A DNA stretch of 62,492 nucleotides, filler included, from 9 parts of 9 records of this genome joined end to end with filler, not necessarily neighbours in it; one strand, 5' to 3'. Numbered from the whole stretch's first letter, positions 33,958 to 45,177 are shown. Notes: a model not told the origin generated them from the sequence alone. A program made the numbers and translations.

Positions 33958-34830
33958 TCAGCATGCTCTTCTCCTCACACAGAGACGCCCACCGAGGATG
34001 ACCAATGCACCCTGGCCGGCCCCCAGCCAGATCAACAGCAGGGGAATCAGTATCCCCCCCAGGTGGATCCACCGGTCGGTCCTTTCCTCGTAATAGCGGA
34101 GACGATTTTCAAGCTCTTGAACGGCTTCCTTAAAATCAGAGTCCAATACCTGAATTTCGGCCAGTCCCTTATCCATCTTCTCCATTTCAAGGATTAATTT
34201 TAAGCGTGCCTGTTCCGAATTTGGGAGATTTTGTATATCATACGCGTTCTGCCTTGCCTGTTCAAGCATGCCGGACAATCGCCTCAAGGTTTCGGAGGCC
34301 CCTTCAATCCGTATCATCAAAGAACCGCCCCGGGTATAAGCTTTCACGGAAACCAGGCTGGCAGAATCCAACAGGGTCAACAAATGGCTTACGGTTCCGG
34401 CGGCATTCACGGCGGAATCGACCCATCTTTGCGCTTTTGCCAGTTTTTCCTTCACTTCGTGATCCAGTGCAAAAACAATATGATCCACCAGTTTTTTTTC
34501 ATCGGTTCCTTCTTTTTCAAGGGCATCCGCTTTTGAGGCAGCGGTTTTCAATTCCAGACGCACATGGGAAACGGAGATATCAATCCGATTCAGGCGCTCA
34601 CGGATATCCCCTAAAGCATTTTCGGTGGAATCAAATACCTGCGCCGCAAAGCCATGTAATTGCTTCTCGGCTCTACCCGTCTTATAAATCGCCACAACAC
34701 AGGCAAACACGCCCACTGCGCCGATCAACAGCACCAGAACACCACCGAGCCTTTTTAAAAGTACCACCGTATCACTCCCAACAAAACCGCGCGGTCCATT
34801 TGAATCAGGGCCTGATGCGTTTGTCGGCAA
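33958..34830 (-). CDS. Hypothetical membrane protein: two TM helices flanking a long helical domain
   Basis: N- and C-terminal hydrophobic segments with a coiled-coil-like middle. Confidence 0.7.
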   Translation of the reverse strand: MPTNASGPDSNGPRGFVGSDTVVLLKRLGGVLVLLIGAVGVFACVVAIYKTGRAEKQLHGFAAQVFDSTENALGDIRERLNRIDISVSHVRLELKTAASKADALEKEGTDEKKLVDHIVFALDHEVKEKLAKAQRWVDSAVNAAGTVSHLLTLLDSASLVSVKAYTRGGSLMIRIEGASETLRRLSGMLEQARQNAYDIQNLPNSEQARLKLILEMEKMDKGLAEIQVLDSDFKEAVQELENRLRYYEERTDRWIHLGGILIPLLLIWLGAGQGALVILGGRLCVRRRAC

Positions 34831-35299
34831 AAGAGGCCATCTGTTCCGCCCGTCTCAAATATTTACCGATTTCAATGGCCTCGTCTCTCTCCATGAGCAC
34901 CACGGGACCAAAAATTTCTTTCTGTTTCACCCTGACCTTAAATTCACGGCCCTGCTTGGAAGAGAAATTGACAACGCAATTATGGGAGGAAAGATTATCC
35001 GAAGACGATGGATCGTCACTCTTTTTCTGCAATTGGTAATACTCATCCGTCTTTTTCAACAGTTCACCCACGGCATTGGCCTGTACCGGCGAGATGGTCA
35101 GGGCGCACAAGGGGATGGACCGACGGCCGAAAATAACCACAAGGGCTTCCGGGGTTTTCTCAATTTCCATGGTTGTGCCGCCGAATTTTACCACATGCCA
35201 GGTAAAGGTATAATCTTTGATGACGAACTCTTCGGCATAAGCCGACGCAATGAACATCCCCATAAAAACCATACAAGCCGATAACATTACTTTTTTCAT
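34805..35299 (-). CDS. Exported hypothetical protein
   Basis: RBS ggagg; signal peptide MKKVML...SAYA. Confidence 0.7.
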   Translation of the reverse strand: MKKVMLSACMVFMGMFIASAYAEEFVIKDYTFTWHVVKFGGTTMEIEKTPEALVVIFGRRSIPLCALTISPVQANAVGELLKKTDEYYQLQKKSDDPSSSDNLSSHNCVVNFSSKQGREFKVRVKQKEIFGPVVLMERDEAIEIGKYLRRAEQMASFADKRIRP

Positions 35300-35370
35300 G
35301 AACAAACATCCTCCCTATTGATGATACTTTTGCAATCGTAAACCGATAAGGGCAAGCGGCGGCTTGCCGC

Positions 35371-36691
35371 CTATCGATACCGTTTTGAATCAATACCGTA
35401 TTTCTGGACCTTATAGCCAAAAATACGTTCCGTTGTCTTTAAAGCCAGGGCCGCCTTCCGCATGTTACCACGGCTGTTCTTGAGGGCTTCAATGAGCATT
35501 TCCCTCTCAAACCGTTCCACGGCACCTTTCAGCGATTGGGACTGCTGTGTGCCCGTCTCTTTCGCCGTCTGCAACGTCGGGGGCAGGTGATAGCTGTGAA
35601 CCACCTGGTCCTCACACAACAAAACGGCCCGTTCAATACAGTTCTCCAGCTCCCTGACATTCCCCGGCCAATGATACTGGGTCAACGCGTCAATGGCCGG
35701 GGTGGAAATCCGTTTAATATCTTTTTCATACTCGGTGGCATACTTTTCAAGAAAGTAGTCCGCCAGAAGGAGCAGATCCGCTTCTCTTTCCCTCAATGCC
35801 GGCAGATAGATGGGGTACACATTCAACCGGTAAAACAGGTCCTCCCGAAAACCGCCTTCTTCAACGGCTTGTGCAAGATGCCTATTGGTGGCGGCAACCA
35901 GCCGTATATTCACCTTGAGGGTGCGGTTGCCTCCCAGTCGTTCGAATTCTTTTTCCTGAAGCACCCTCAGCAGCTTGCCCTGGCTTTCCAGGGCAAGGGA
36001 CCCGATTTCATCCAGAAAAATAGTTCCCTTGTCAGCCATTTCAAATTTCCCCGCCTTGGTCCGGCTGGCACCGGTAAAGGCTCCTTTTTCGTAACCGAAC
36101 AGTTCCGCCTCTATGAGGTTTTCCGGGAGCGCCGCACAGTTGACCTTCACCAAGGGTCTCCCTCCGCGCAGGCTGTTGTAGTGAATGGCATTGGCCGCCA
36201 ACTCCTTTCCCGTCCCGCTTTCACCCAAGAGCAACACATTGGCATTGCTCTTGGCCACCTGGCTGATCAGATAGAACACCTCTTGCATTTTGCGGCTGTT
36301 GCCCACAATATTGGTGAAGCTGTACTTCTTGTTAAGTTCCTTTTTAAGTCTTAGATTTTCTTCCTGGAGCTGATCCTTCTCCCTGCGGATCCTTTCCAGC
36401 AACGCCACTTTCTGGGCGATCAGCGTACTGATGACGGTCAACAGCCTCACATCATCTTCCAGGGACGACGATGTTTCTTCGTAGGCACAATCGGCGCTCA
36501 GGGCCCCGATAACCCGCGCCTGGTCTTTGATGGGAACACACAGAAACGATATTTTGGAATGGTCAATACCGTTCCTGGCGCCGGTTCTATCCAGAAAAAG
36601 CGGCTCAGCGTCAATCTGAGGCACAACCATGGGTCTTCCCGCTTTGATGACGCGCCCCGTTATACCCTCCCCCAGCTTATATTTGCCTTTG
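35371..36691 (-). CDS. NifA-like sigma54 enhancer-binding protein (GAF-AAA+-HTH), 5'-truncated
   Basis: GAF SFLCVPI, GESGTGKE, GAFTGA, FLDEIG, WPGNVRELEN, Fis-type HTH. Confidence 0.92.
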
Positions 36692-36791
36692 NNNNNNNNN
36701 NNNNNNNNNNNNNNNNNNNNNNNNNNNNNNNNNNNTTAATTAATTAANNNNNNNNNNNNNNNNNNNNNNNNNNNNNNNNNNNNNNNNNNNN
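36692..36791. other. Artificial contig spacer
   Basis: N44-ttaattaattaa-N44. Confidence 0.99.
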
Positions 36792-36860
36792 TAACTAATT
36801 TGTTCAATTCTTATTGTTCAGCCTTTTTAATATTTTATCTCTCATTTAAAACTATGTTAA

Positions 36861-36868
36861 TATCTTTG
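36861..36868 (+). promoter_or_regulatory. Bacteroidota -7 promoter element upstream of porU
   Basis: TATCTTTG matches TAnnTTTG. Confidence 0.5.
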
Positions 36869-36966
36869 CCTGCAACGACCAAACAGAAATTGTAATTTGG
36901 ATGTTTTATTATTGCAATAATTGCTGATTAATGGCGTTTAACTGATGTAATATTTTGAAATACTAT

Positions 36967-39900
36967 ATGAATAGATATATCTACTTATTATTTATTATCC
37001 TGGTCGGTTTTGCTGCGAGCGATGTGCACAACGAAACGGTGGTATTAAAATGGGAGGAGAATCCGGGAACAGTAAAAAATGGTGTTTTGGAATTTTTTAC
37101 AAATGCTGAAATTATCGACGATTTGGGTTGTTTAAACCTACCTGTTTATACCCGGTTGTATGATTTGGAAAGACCAAATCAAATCCTTCGGTTTAGCATA
37201 GAAAATATTAAATATGAAGAGCTCGACCAAGAGCTGGAAAGTTCGTTTATTGAAAAAATTCCTACAGAGTTTAAACTTAATTCACACGTTTTAAGTTCTG
37301 CAGGAAACAAAAAAATTGAACTACAGCTTGTTCCTTTGAAGCAGGAAAACGGGAAAATCTATCGTTTAAAAAGTTTTCAGTTACGTTCGGTTCCGGATGT
37401 TCATAAAACTTCGAAAAAAAGTGTAGAGTGGAATACCGCTTCGGTATTGGCAGAAGGAAGCTGGGTTAAGATTCGAACATCGGGAAGGGGTATATACAAA
37501 ATTCCATTTTCAACCTTAAACAATTGGGGATTTTCAAATCCGTCACTAGTTGGAGTTTTTGGAAGTGGCGGGAGAATAATGTCAGAAAATCCGGGTAACA
37601 TTACTTATGACGATCTGGAGGAATGTTCCGTATGGACCGATACTAATAGTGGTGAAGACTGCTTGTTCTTTTATGCACCCGGGAGAGTTGAGTGGAGCCA
37701 GGGGACAAACGGAGATTTTGTGCATACCTCAAATGAATTCACTAATTATAGCTATTTTTTCGTTGGTGAAGTTGCTACACCAAAATACATCGAATTTCAA
37801 GAAGAGGTAACTGAGACCAGTACACACAGCACAACAACTTTTAATGCTTATCAGTTATTCGAACAGGACAAATACAACATTCTAAAAGATAATTCTGGAA
37901 AGAAATGGTACGGAGATAGTTATGCAAACGGAAGTTCGAAAAATTACTCATTTAGCATTGAAAATGTAGATGAGAGCACAGAATCCCGATTGAAGGTGGT
38001 GGGAGCTGCGCGTTCTTACCAATCTTCAAAATTTGTCGTTAATGCGGGAGGTTCTCAGGTAGGAAAAGTATCTTTTTCCAGTGTAGATACTGATGATAAT
38101 CATGCCCTTTATGCCGACAATGAACAAAGTACCATCGACCTTGATATTGGTTCTGGGGATTTAGATTTAACAATAACCTATAGTGCATCCAACAGTAGTG
38201 CTAAGTCGTGGCTTGATTATATCGAATTAAATTATCGTCAAAAATTAGTAGCTGGTTCAAGTCCTGTGTTTTTTAGAGATACAGAAACTGTTGGAGACGG
38301 AAACATTGTAGAATACACCATTACAGGTGCCGATTCAGATACTAAGGTTTTGGAAATATCTGATCAAAGTAACTTATCAGAAATTCAGGGGCAACTTAAC
38401 GGAGAACAATTGGTTTTTAAAAAAACTGCTGACGAACTGAAAGAGTATGTTGTGTTTAAAGCATCAGGGAGTTTTAAGACCCCTGAATTTGTTGAAGACG
38501 TTGAAAACCAAAACCTACACGGATTAAGCACTCCCGAATACCTGATAATCTCACACAAGGACTTTCTGAGTTCTGCAAATGACCTCGCTAATTTTCATAC
38601 GAGTTATGATGGGATGTCGGTAGCAGTTGTTGATGTAGACAAGGTTTATAACGAGTTTAGTTCGGGAACCGCCAGTGCAACAGGAATCCGAAACTTTATT
38701 AAAATGTTGTATGATCGGGGAAATACCTTAAAGTATGTATTGCTTTTGGGTGATGGAAGCTACGATAACCGAAATATAAATGGTGAAAGCAATAATTATA
38801 TACCAACTTATCAATCGGCAAATTCACTTGAGCCGCTTAATTCGTATGTAAGCGACGATTATTTCGTTATGCTTGATGCGGGTGAAACTTTGGCAAATGG
38901 GGCTATCGATTTGGGTATTGGACGTATTCCGGCAACTAAAGCATACGAGGCAGAACTGGTAGTTGATAAGATAAAACGTTACTACGAACCAGAAGCTTTG
39001 GGTGACTGGCGAAACGTTTTATGTTTTATTGGAGATGATGGCGATAGCAGAACACATATGAGGCAATCTGAACTGATAGCTGATTCAATCAATAAAAATT
39101 ATGGCGAATTTATAACCGAAAAATTATACCTCGATGCATTTGTTGAAGATGTTACCACAGCCGGTGAACGTTATCCGGATGTAAATGAGGCGATCAACGA
39201 AAGAGTTAAAGATGGGGTGTTAATATTGAATTACATAGGGCATGCAAACGAAAAATATCTGGCTGACGAGCATGTACTTGAGATTACCGATATAAATTCA
39301 TGGTCGAATACGAATAAGTTGCCAATTTTTGTAACCGCGACCTGTGAATTTAGTCGTTTTGATGCCGACGAAACCTCGGCTGGAGAATATGTTTTATTAA
39401 ATGAAAGCGGTGGTGGAATCGGACTATTTTCAACAACGCGTGTAGTTTATTCAGGTGCCAACTTTAAACTCAGCAAAAGCTTTTATCGATATATTTTTGC
39501 GAAAAACGCTTCTGGCGAACATTATCGGTTAGGAGATGTAATGCGTCTGGCTAAGAATAATTTAACCAACGGTACAAATAAACGTAACTTTTCGTTGTTA
39601 GCCGATCCTGCACTTCGACTTTCGTATCCGAAATATAGGGTTGTTACCAACTCAATTAACCAACTCGATGCCACAGAAGCAGCCGATACCATTGGAACAC
39701 TCGAAAAAATTACAATAGAAGGCTATATTGCCGATTATTTTGGAAACAAAATTGATGATTTTACCGGAGAGATAGTTCCGACCGTATACGACAAAGAAGT
39801 GGATATGGAAACCCTTGGTAATGGAACAGACAATAGTCCAATGACATTTCAGGTGCAGCAGAATATTATTTATTCGGGAAGAGCGAGCGTAAACAATGGA

Positions 39901-40701
39901 AATTTCTCATTTAGTTTTGTGGTGCCAAAAGACATTTCTTACAAGGTGGGTACTGGAAAGATTGTTTATTATGCCGAAAATGGTGAAGAAGATGCGCATG
40001 GCGTATTTGATAATTTCTGTATAGGAGGAGAGGGCTCCAGCATTTCGGATAATGACGGACCCGATATTCAACTTTATATGGATAGCGAAGAATTTCAATC
40101 GGGAGATAAAACAAGTAAAAATCCTACACTCCTGGCCTCGCTTTCTGATGAAAACGGAATAAATACTGTAGGAACAGGCATTGGGCATGATATTACCGCA
40201 ATTATTGATGATGATTATTCGAACATATATGTATTGAATAATTATTACCAGGCAGAAAAAGATGATTATACCCAGGGAACATTAGAATTTCCTTTAAGTG
40301 ATCTTTCGATTGGAAAACACACGCTTCGATTAAAAGCATGGGATGTTGCCAACAATTCTTCGGAAGTAGAGATAGAGTTTGAAGTATCGGGCGATTTTAT
40401 TGTCGAAGAGGTAAGCAATTATCCTAATCCAATTGGTAACTATACGTATTTTGTTGTTGAACACAACCAGGCAGATGCAACATTATCTGCCATCTTTGAG
40501 ATATATGATATAAACGGACGGCTGATCGATCAGTTTGAATCCGATTTAAGTTCAAGTGGAAACACAAGTACACCAATTCGTTGGGATATAACCGATGCAA
40601 AAGTTGCTTTAACACAGGGGATATATGTTTATAATGTAATTCTTAAAAACGAAGAAGGATTAGTAACCTCCAAAGCGGGAAAAATGTTGGTAGCACATTA
40701 A
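36967..40701 (+). CDS. porU: Type IX secretion system sortase PorU
   Basis: SVLAEGSWVKI...GIYKI, VYNEFSSG, LLLGDGSYD, NYIGHA, TATCEF, GINTVGTGIGHD, KAWDVANN; directly upstream of porV. Confidence 0.95.
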   Translation: MNRYIYLLFIILVGFAASDVHNETVVLKWEENPGTVKNGVLEFFTNAEIIDDLGCLNLPVYTRLYDLERPNQILRFSIENIKYEELDQELESSFIEKIPTEFKLNSHVLSSAGNKKIELQLVPLKQENGKIYRLKSFQLRSVPDVHKTSKKSVEWNTASVLAEGSWVKIRTSGRGIYKIPFSTLNNWGFSNPSLVGVFGSGGRIMSENPGNITYDDLEECSVWTDTNSGEDCLFFYAPGRVEWSQGTNGDFVHTSNEFTNYSYFFVGEVATPKYIEFQEEVTETSTHSTTTFNAYQLFEQDKYNILKDNSGKKWYGDSYANGSSKNYSFSIENVDESTESRLKVVGAARSYQSSKFVVNAGGSQVGKVSFSSVDTDDNHALYADNEQSTIDLDIGSGDLDLTITYSASNSSAKSWLDYIELNYRQKLVAGSSPVFFRDTETVGDGNIVEYTITGADSDTKVLEISDQSNLSEIQGQLNGEQLVFKKTADELKEYVVFKASGSFKTPEFVEDVENQNLHGLSTPEYLIISHKDFLSSANDLANFHTSYDGMSVAVVDVDKVYNEFSSGTASATGIRNFIKMLYDRGNTLKYVLLLGDGSYDNRNINGESNNYIPTYQSANSLEPLNSYVSDDYFVMLDAGETLANGAIDLGIGRIPATKAYEAELVVDKIKRYYEPEALGDWRNVLCFIGDDGDSRTHMRQSELIADSINKNYGEFITEKLYLDAFVEDVTTAGERYPDVNEAINERVKDGVLILNYIGHANEKYLADEHVLEITDINSWSNTNKLPIFVTATCEFSRFDADETSAGEYVLLNESGGGIGLFSTTRVVYSGANFKLSKSFYRYIFAKNASGEHYRLGDVMRLAKNNLTNGTNKRNFSLLADPALRLSYPKYRVVTNSINQLDATEAADTIGTLEKITIEGYIADYFGNKIDDFTGEIVPTVYDKEVDMETLGNGTDNSPMTFQVQQNIIYSGRASVNNGNFSFSFVVPKDISYKVGTGKIVYYAENGEEDAHGVFDNFCIGGEGSSISDNDGPDIQLYMDSEEFQSGDKTSKNPTLLASLSDENGINTVGTGIGHDITAIIDDDYSNIYVLNNYYQAEKDDYTQGTLEFPLSDLSIGKHTLRLKAWDVANNSSEVEIEFEVSGDFIVEEVSNYPNPIGNYTYFVVEHNQADATLSAIFEIYDINGRLIDQFESDLSSSGNTSTPIRWDITDAKVALTQGIYVYNVILKNEEGLVTSKAGKMLVAH

Positions 40702-40845
40702 ATTTTCTTTTGCACAAAATTTTTCTTGAAAACCTGCGTTCTCATACTTACATGCTGAAAACATATATTAAAAGAGAAAAATAAAGCGGAAGATAAAAAT
40801 TATCCGGAGTACAGGTTTAACCTATTGTTGCAAAGACAAATATTA

Positions 40846-40853
40846 TATCTTTG
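40846..40853 (+). promoter_or_regulatory. Bacteroidota -7 promoter element upstream of porV
   Basis: TATCTTTG with a TTG about 17 nt upstream. Confidence 0.55.
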
Positions 40854-40875
40854 CACGCTCAATTTAAGAAGAAAT

Positions 40876-42045
40876 ATGATCAGATTTATTCGAATTTTAA
40901 TGCTTATAGCTCTTGCAGCTATTGTTACAGAGAATGTAATGGCACAGGGAACTTTATCGGGTGCCAATACAATTACCACGGCAGTGCCATTTCTGGGTAT
41001 TACTCCCGATTCGCGTGCCGGAGGTATGGGAGATGCTGGTGTTGGAACAACAGCTGATGTAAACTCGCAGCACTGGAATCCTGCAAAATATATTTTTATG
41101 GAAAGCGATATGGGTGTTGGTTTATCGTATTCGCCCTGGTTACGTAACCTGGTTGACGATATTAACCTGGCCTACCTGTCGGCTTATAAAAAGATTGATG
41201 ACGTACAGGCGGTTAGTGCCTCGTTGCGTTACTTTGCCCTGGGGGATATTGTTTTTACATCCGATCAGGGGGAATTTGTTGGGCAACAAAGCCCAAATGA
41301 ATTTGCAATTGATTTTGGTTATTCACGAAAACTTTCTGATGTTTTTTCGGGAGCCGTTGCAATTCGTTACATACGTTCCGACCTGGCTTCAGGTTCTGGT
41401 GTGGAAGGATATACGCCAGGTAACTCTTATGCTGCCGATGTTGCCTTTTACTATTTTAATGAGTTTAGAAGAAGACGGCAAGACCATAATTTTGCAGCAG
41501 GGATTAATATCCAGAATATTGGAGCAAAAGTTTCATATGATGACGGTAGCACAAAAGACTTTTTACCAACTACTTTAAAACTGGGTGCTTCTTATTCATT
41601 TGAAGTTGACGATTATAACTCGTTTGGATTTGCATTTGAAGCAAATAAATTATTGGTACCAACTCCGCCATCTGATACTACCGATTACGAAGGTGATGAT
41701 GTAATCTGGTCGGGAGGTATAAATTCCGGTATTGGTGTTATCGAAGGTATTTTTAAATCGTTTGCCGATGCTCCGGGAGGATTTAAAGAAGAGTTTCAGG
41801 AAATTACCTGGTCGATAGGTGTGGAATACTGGTATAACAAACAATTTGCATTACGTGCCGGTTATTTTTACGAGCACGAGAATAAAGGTAACCGTAAGTT
41901 TATTACTGCGGGTGCCGGTTTAAAAATGAATGTGTTTGCACTCGATTTCTCGTACTTGTTGCCAACCCAACGAAACCACCCGCTTGAAAATACGCTGCGT
42001 TTTACGCTGGCGTTTGATATTGATGCATTTAGCAACCAACGCTGA
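40876..42045 (+). CDS. porV: T9SS outer-membrane shuttle PorV
   Basis: TTAVPFLGITPDSRAGGMGD, WNPAK, SYSPWL, KGNRKF, PLENTLRF. Confidence 0.95.
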   Translation: MIRFIRILMLIALAAIVTENVMAQGTLSGANTITTAVPFLGITPDSRAGGMGDAGVGTTADVNSQHWNPAKYIFMESDMGVGLSYSPWLRNLVDDINLAYLSAYKKIDDVQAVSASLRYFALGDIVFTSDQGEFVGQQSPNEFAIDFGYSRKLSDVFSGAVAIRYIRSDLASGSGVEGYTPGNSYAADVAFYYFNEFRRRRQDHNFAAGINIQNIGAKVSYDDGSTKDFLPTTLKLGASYSFEVDDYNSFGFAFEANKLLVPTPPSDTTDYEGDDVIWSGGINSGIGVIEGIFKSFADAPGGFKEEFQEITWSIGVEYWYNKQFALRAGYFYEHENKGNRKFITAGAGLKMNVFALDFSYLLPTQRNHPLENTLRFTLAFDIDAFSNQR

Positions 42046-42524
42046 TGGATTTCAGAATTGGACAAGGATATGACGTACACCGTCTGGCCGGGGGCGAAAC
42101 CCTATGGCTGGGCGGTGTTTTGGTTCCACACACTTTAGGTACCGTTGCCCACTCCGATGGCGATGTGTTGATCCATGCCATTTGTGATGCCTTGCTTGGC
42201 GCATTAAAATTGGGCGATATTGGTACAAATTTTCCCGATACTTCGGCTGAGTTTAAAGACATTGACAGTAAAATTCTACTGGAGAAATCGTATGCTTTGG
42301 TAAAGCAAAAGGGCTATGAAATTGTGAATATCGACTCAACTATAAGTGCTCAAAAACCCAAACTAAAGCCATTTATCCCTGAAATGGAAGCTTGTATGGC
42401 CAAGGTGCTGGGAATTGATGTTGACTTGGTTTCGGTAAAAGCTACTACCACCGAGAAACTGGGGTTCGAAGGGCGTGAAGAAGGGATGTCGGTAAACGCA
42501 GTGGTGCTTTTAAAACGAAGCTAA
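42045..42524 (+). CDS. ispF: 2-C-methyl-D-erythritol 2,4-cyclodiphosphate synthase
   Basis: RIGQGYDVH, HSDGDV, DIGTNFPD, KATTTEKLG. Confidence 0.97.
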   Translation: MDFRIGQGYDVHRLAGGETLWLGGVLVPHTLGTVAHSDGDVLIHAICDALLGALKLGDIGTNFPDTSAEFKDIDSKILLEKSYALVKQKGYEIVNIDSTISAQKPKLKPFIPEMEACMAKVLGIDVDLVSVKATTTEKLGFEGREEGMSVNAVVLLKRS

Positions 42525-42884
42525 ATGAATAAAAGAACTTTGGTGATCGGCGCAAGCGAAAACCCGTCGCGTTATTCCAACAAAGCCATAAGGGCCTTGC
42601 AAAACCACAAGCACGAAGTAGTTGCCCTTGCAAAACGCGAAGGACAGGTTGACAAGGTTCGCATACAAACCAATTTCCCTGAAACAGATATTCATACGGT
42701 ATCGATGTACATTGGGGCCAAACACCAACCCGCTTATTTCGAAAAAATTATTCAGTTAAAACCACAACGGGTTATTTTTAATCCAGGCACCGAAAACCCG
42801 GCGTTTAAAAAGCTATTGGAACAAAATGGCATTGAAGCCGAAGAAGCTTGTACACTGGTTTTATTAAGTATCGGGAACTATTAA
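42525..42884 (+). CDS. CoA-binding domain protein (YccU-like)
   Basis: IGASENPSRYS, RVIFNPGTEN, ACTLVLL. Confidence 0.88.
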   Translation: MNKRTLVIGASENPSRYSNKAIRALQNHKHEVVALAKREGQVDKVRIQTNFPETDIHTVSMYIGAKHQPAYFEKIIQLKPQRVIFNPGTENPAFKKLLEQNGIEAEEACTLVLLSIGNY

Positions 42885-43210
42885 TGGTACATACAATAAG
42901 TACATCTGAACAATTTGGGAAACTGAAAGGGCAGTCTGCTCTTTTGGCCTATTTTTCTAGCAAGGCTTGTAGTGTTTGCCAGGTGTTAAAACCAAAGGTA
43001 AAAGGCATGTTGGAAGACAAATTTCAGCAGATGGATATGGCCGATGTAAATATGGATGATTTACCTGAATTGGCTGCCGAAAACAGGGTTTTTACCGCAC
43101 CAACCATTATTGTTTTTTTTGAAGGACGCGAGTATATTCGTAAAAGCAGGGCCATAAGCCTGTCTGAATTACATTTGGAAATAGAGCGGATTTATAAAAT
43201 GGTGTTTTAA
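42884..43210 (+). CDS. Thioredoxin family protein
   Basis: CSVC motif, LKPK, FTAPT; TAATG coupling to the upstream gene. Confidence 0.85.
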   Translation: MVHTISTSEQFGKLKGQSALLAYFSSKACSVCQVLKPKVKGMLEDKFQQMDMADVNMDDLPELAAENRVFTAPTIIVFFEGREYIRKSRAISLSELHLEIERIYKMVF

Positions 43211-43279
43211 ATGGTGATGTTCGTTTTTATTGTTTTACTCTTTATTCATTTCATACCACAAACACTGTTTCCTGCATCT

Positions 43280-44152
43280 TTAATCATCAAGTTGTAGGGC
43301 AATAACTTTATTCGTCATTAACAGCGGAATTATAAGCAGGTTCTTTTCTTCAATAAACTCAAAATCCGCAAGAAAATCGTTATTGTTTTCCAATTCGTAC
43401 AATAACTTTTTATTGCCTTCTTCTAAAAGGAATAATTCCGATTTCCACGACAATAAATAAGCTTTGTTGTATTTTCTAATGCCATCAATATTGTCGGATA
43501 AGCCGCTGGCAATTGGTTTTGCAGTTTTGTTTTTTAATGAAATGGAAAGAAGGTTGGCTGCCCCCCTGTTTCCAACCAGCAAAAAATTACCATCGATTAA
43601 TAATCCGTTTGAGGTATTCAGCAGGCTGTCGGAATACCACACCTGGCTTTCCCCGTTTTTTATTCGGTGGATGCAAGGTTTAAAGGTGTCGGAAATATAC
43701 ACAGTACCGTTTTTATCAACCGCAATGTCGTTTAAAAAAGCAGCATTGTTTACCGGTATGCGTTTCTCAATCTTTTGCGTTTCAATGTTGGCAATTACAA
43801 GCCCTTTTCGTTCAACAATGTAAAGTTTATCCTTAAAAATGCTTATTCCGGTTGGGCAGTGTAGACTATCTATCCATCTTAATTCCTGTATATTGCCCTG
43901 TAGGTCGAGTTTCGAAATACACTCGTTTCGCAGCGTGTCGGCTTTTTTCAGGAAACCACCCTGGTCGTTAAAGTTGCCAACATACAAACAATTGCGTTTG
44001 GTGTCGAACACCACCGACTCGGGTGCCGTAAACAAGGCCGCAGTTTCCCATTTTTTGCTTACCTGGCCATAGCTTACCGCACAACCCAGCAGGGTAGAGA
44101 TAAAACATATAAACCCTACAATAAGCGTTGTATTTAATCTTGGTTTTTTCAT
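43280..44152 (-). CDS. SMP-30/gluconolactonase-like beta-propeller protein
   Basis: Signal peptide; APESV, FLNDIAVD, NGL, DGI, ADF blade motifs. Confidence 0.8.
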   Translation of the reverse strand: MKKPRLNTTLIVGFICFISTLLGCAVSYGQVSKKWETAALFTAPESVVFDTKRNCLYVGNFNDQGGFLKKADTLRNECISKLDLQGNIQELRWIDSLHCPTGISIFKDKLYIVERKGLVIANIETQKIEKRIPVNNAAFLNDIAVDKNGTVYISDTFKPCIHRIKNGESQVWYSDSLLNTSNGLLIDGNFLLVGNRGAANLLSISLKNKTAKPIASGLSDNIDGIRKYNKAYLLSWKSELFLLEEGNKKLLYELENNNDFLADFEFIEEKNLLIIPLLMTNKVIALQLDD

Positions 44153-44226
44153 TGGTATTGGTTTTTATTATTGAGGTTGGGCCTCATAACTTTGTTGTAT
44201 AATCAGGCAGCATTATAGTGAAGTTA

Positions 44227-44403
44227 TTATTTCTGTGCTATTACAATCATATCTGTTGAAAATGTACCATCTGGCTCCGGATATTTTTTTCTTTGCAAAT
44301 CAATGAATTTAAATCCGTTCTGAATTAAACAATCAGTTAAATACTCTTCCTGATGATAATAAATATAAACTCTGTCGTGCCCGGAAAAGCTTGTCGTTTC
44401 AAA
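44227..44403 (-). CDS. 3' fragment of a probable class I SAM methyltransferase (absent from the ORF track)
   Basis: Manual translation FETTSFSGHDRVYIYYHQEEYLTDCLIQNGFKFIDLQRKKYPEPDGTFSTDMIVIAQK*. Confidence 0.55.
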   Translation of the reverse strand, partial: FETTSFSGHDRVYIYYHQEEYLTDCLIQNGFKFIDLQRKKYPEPDGTFSTDMIVIAQK

Positions 44404-44405
44404 TC

Positions 44406-44505
44406 NNNNNNNNNNNNNNNNNNNNNNNNNNNNNNNNNNNNNNNNNNNNTTAATTAATTAANNNNNNNNNNNNNNNNNNNNNNNNNNNNNNNNNNNNNNN
44501 NNNNN
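44406..44505. other. Artificial contig spacer
   Basis: N44-ttaattaattaa-N44. Confidence 0.99.
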
Positions 44506-44805
44506 ATAATAAACAAAGGTCATGAACCAGGCCACAAGATAACCGGCCTTGGGGCCGTATGCCTCCTCAAAATAATCGACAACACCGTTGACCTTCTCCA
44601 CTCTTGTTGCAATCCTGGCAAAGACAGAAGCAGTGATTACCATGATTGTCCCCCCAATGGCCCAGGCAAGCAATGCTGTAGGCAAGCTCCCACCCGATGC
44701 AACCAAAACCTCGTCCGCCTTAAAAAATACTCCTGAACCAATTACAATACCCACTACCATGGCAGTAGCGGTCCAAATTCCGTATTTTCGTTCTAGCTTT
44801 TGCAT
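44506..44805 (-). CDS. APC-family amino acid permease, 5' fragment
   Basis: LERKYGIWTATAMVVGIVIGSGVFFK. Confidence 0.88.
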
Positions 44806-45177
44806 ATCCAGTACCTTTAATCGTGTCAAATTCCTTGTTTATCAATATATACAAGGGCGTCATTTTTCCTGAAAAATCCGTGGCTGCAGCATCGTTCATG
44901 ATCCATCGTGCACACGGCAGTTTCTATAATTTTAGGGCGAGAATAGTACTTGGAACCTCACCTTACCCAGCTTTTTTAAATAAATGTACCCTAAATTATA
45001 TCCATATTATAGGGTTATTGCTTGATAGAATGAGTAGGCGTTGCATCCCTTTAAACTCAATTATTCACCACCAGGTCAGTAAGTATTGGAGTTCTTCATG
45101 AATAATCAGTTATGTCCGGTTTGCGAGCAAACAGACTATGTGAAAGTTCACTTTTATAAGGACTATCGAGTTGAGAT

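Noticed and set aside
31977-42045. C25 protease as cargo of the nearby PorU/PorV
   Set aside because: The genes are on different contigs separated by a spacer, with different composition, and the protease lacks a T9SS CTD
36967-42524. porU-porV-ispF linkage and the GHA variant of the PorU His motif
   Set aside because: This gene order is well known in Bacteroidota and the His-Cys dyad is intact
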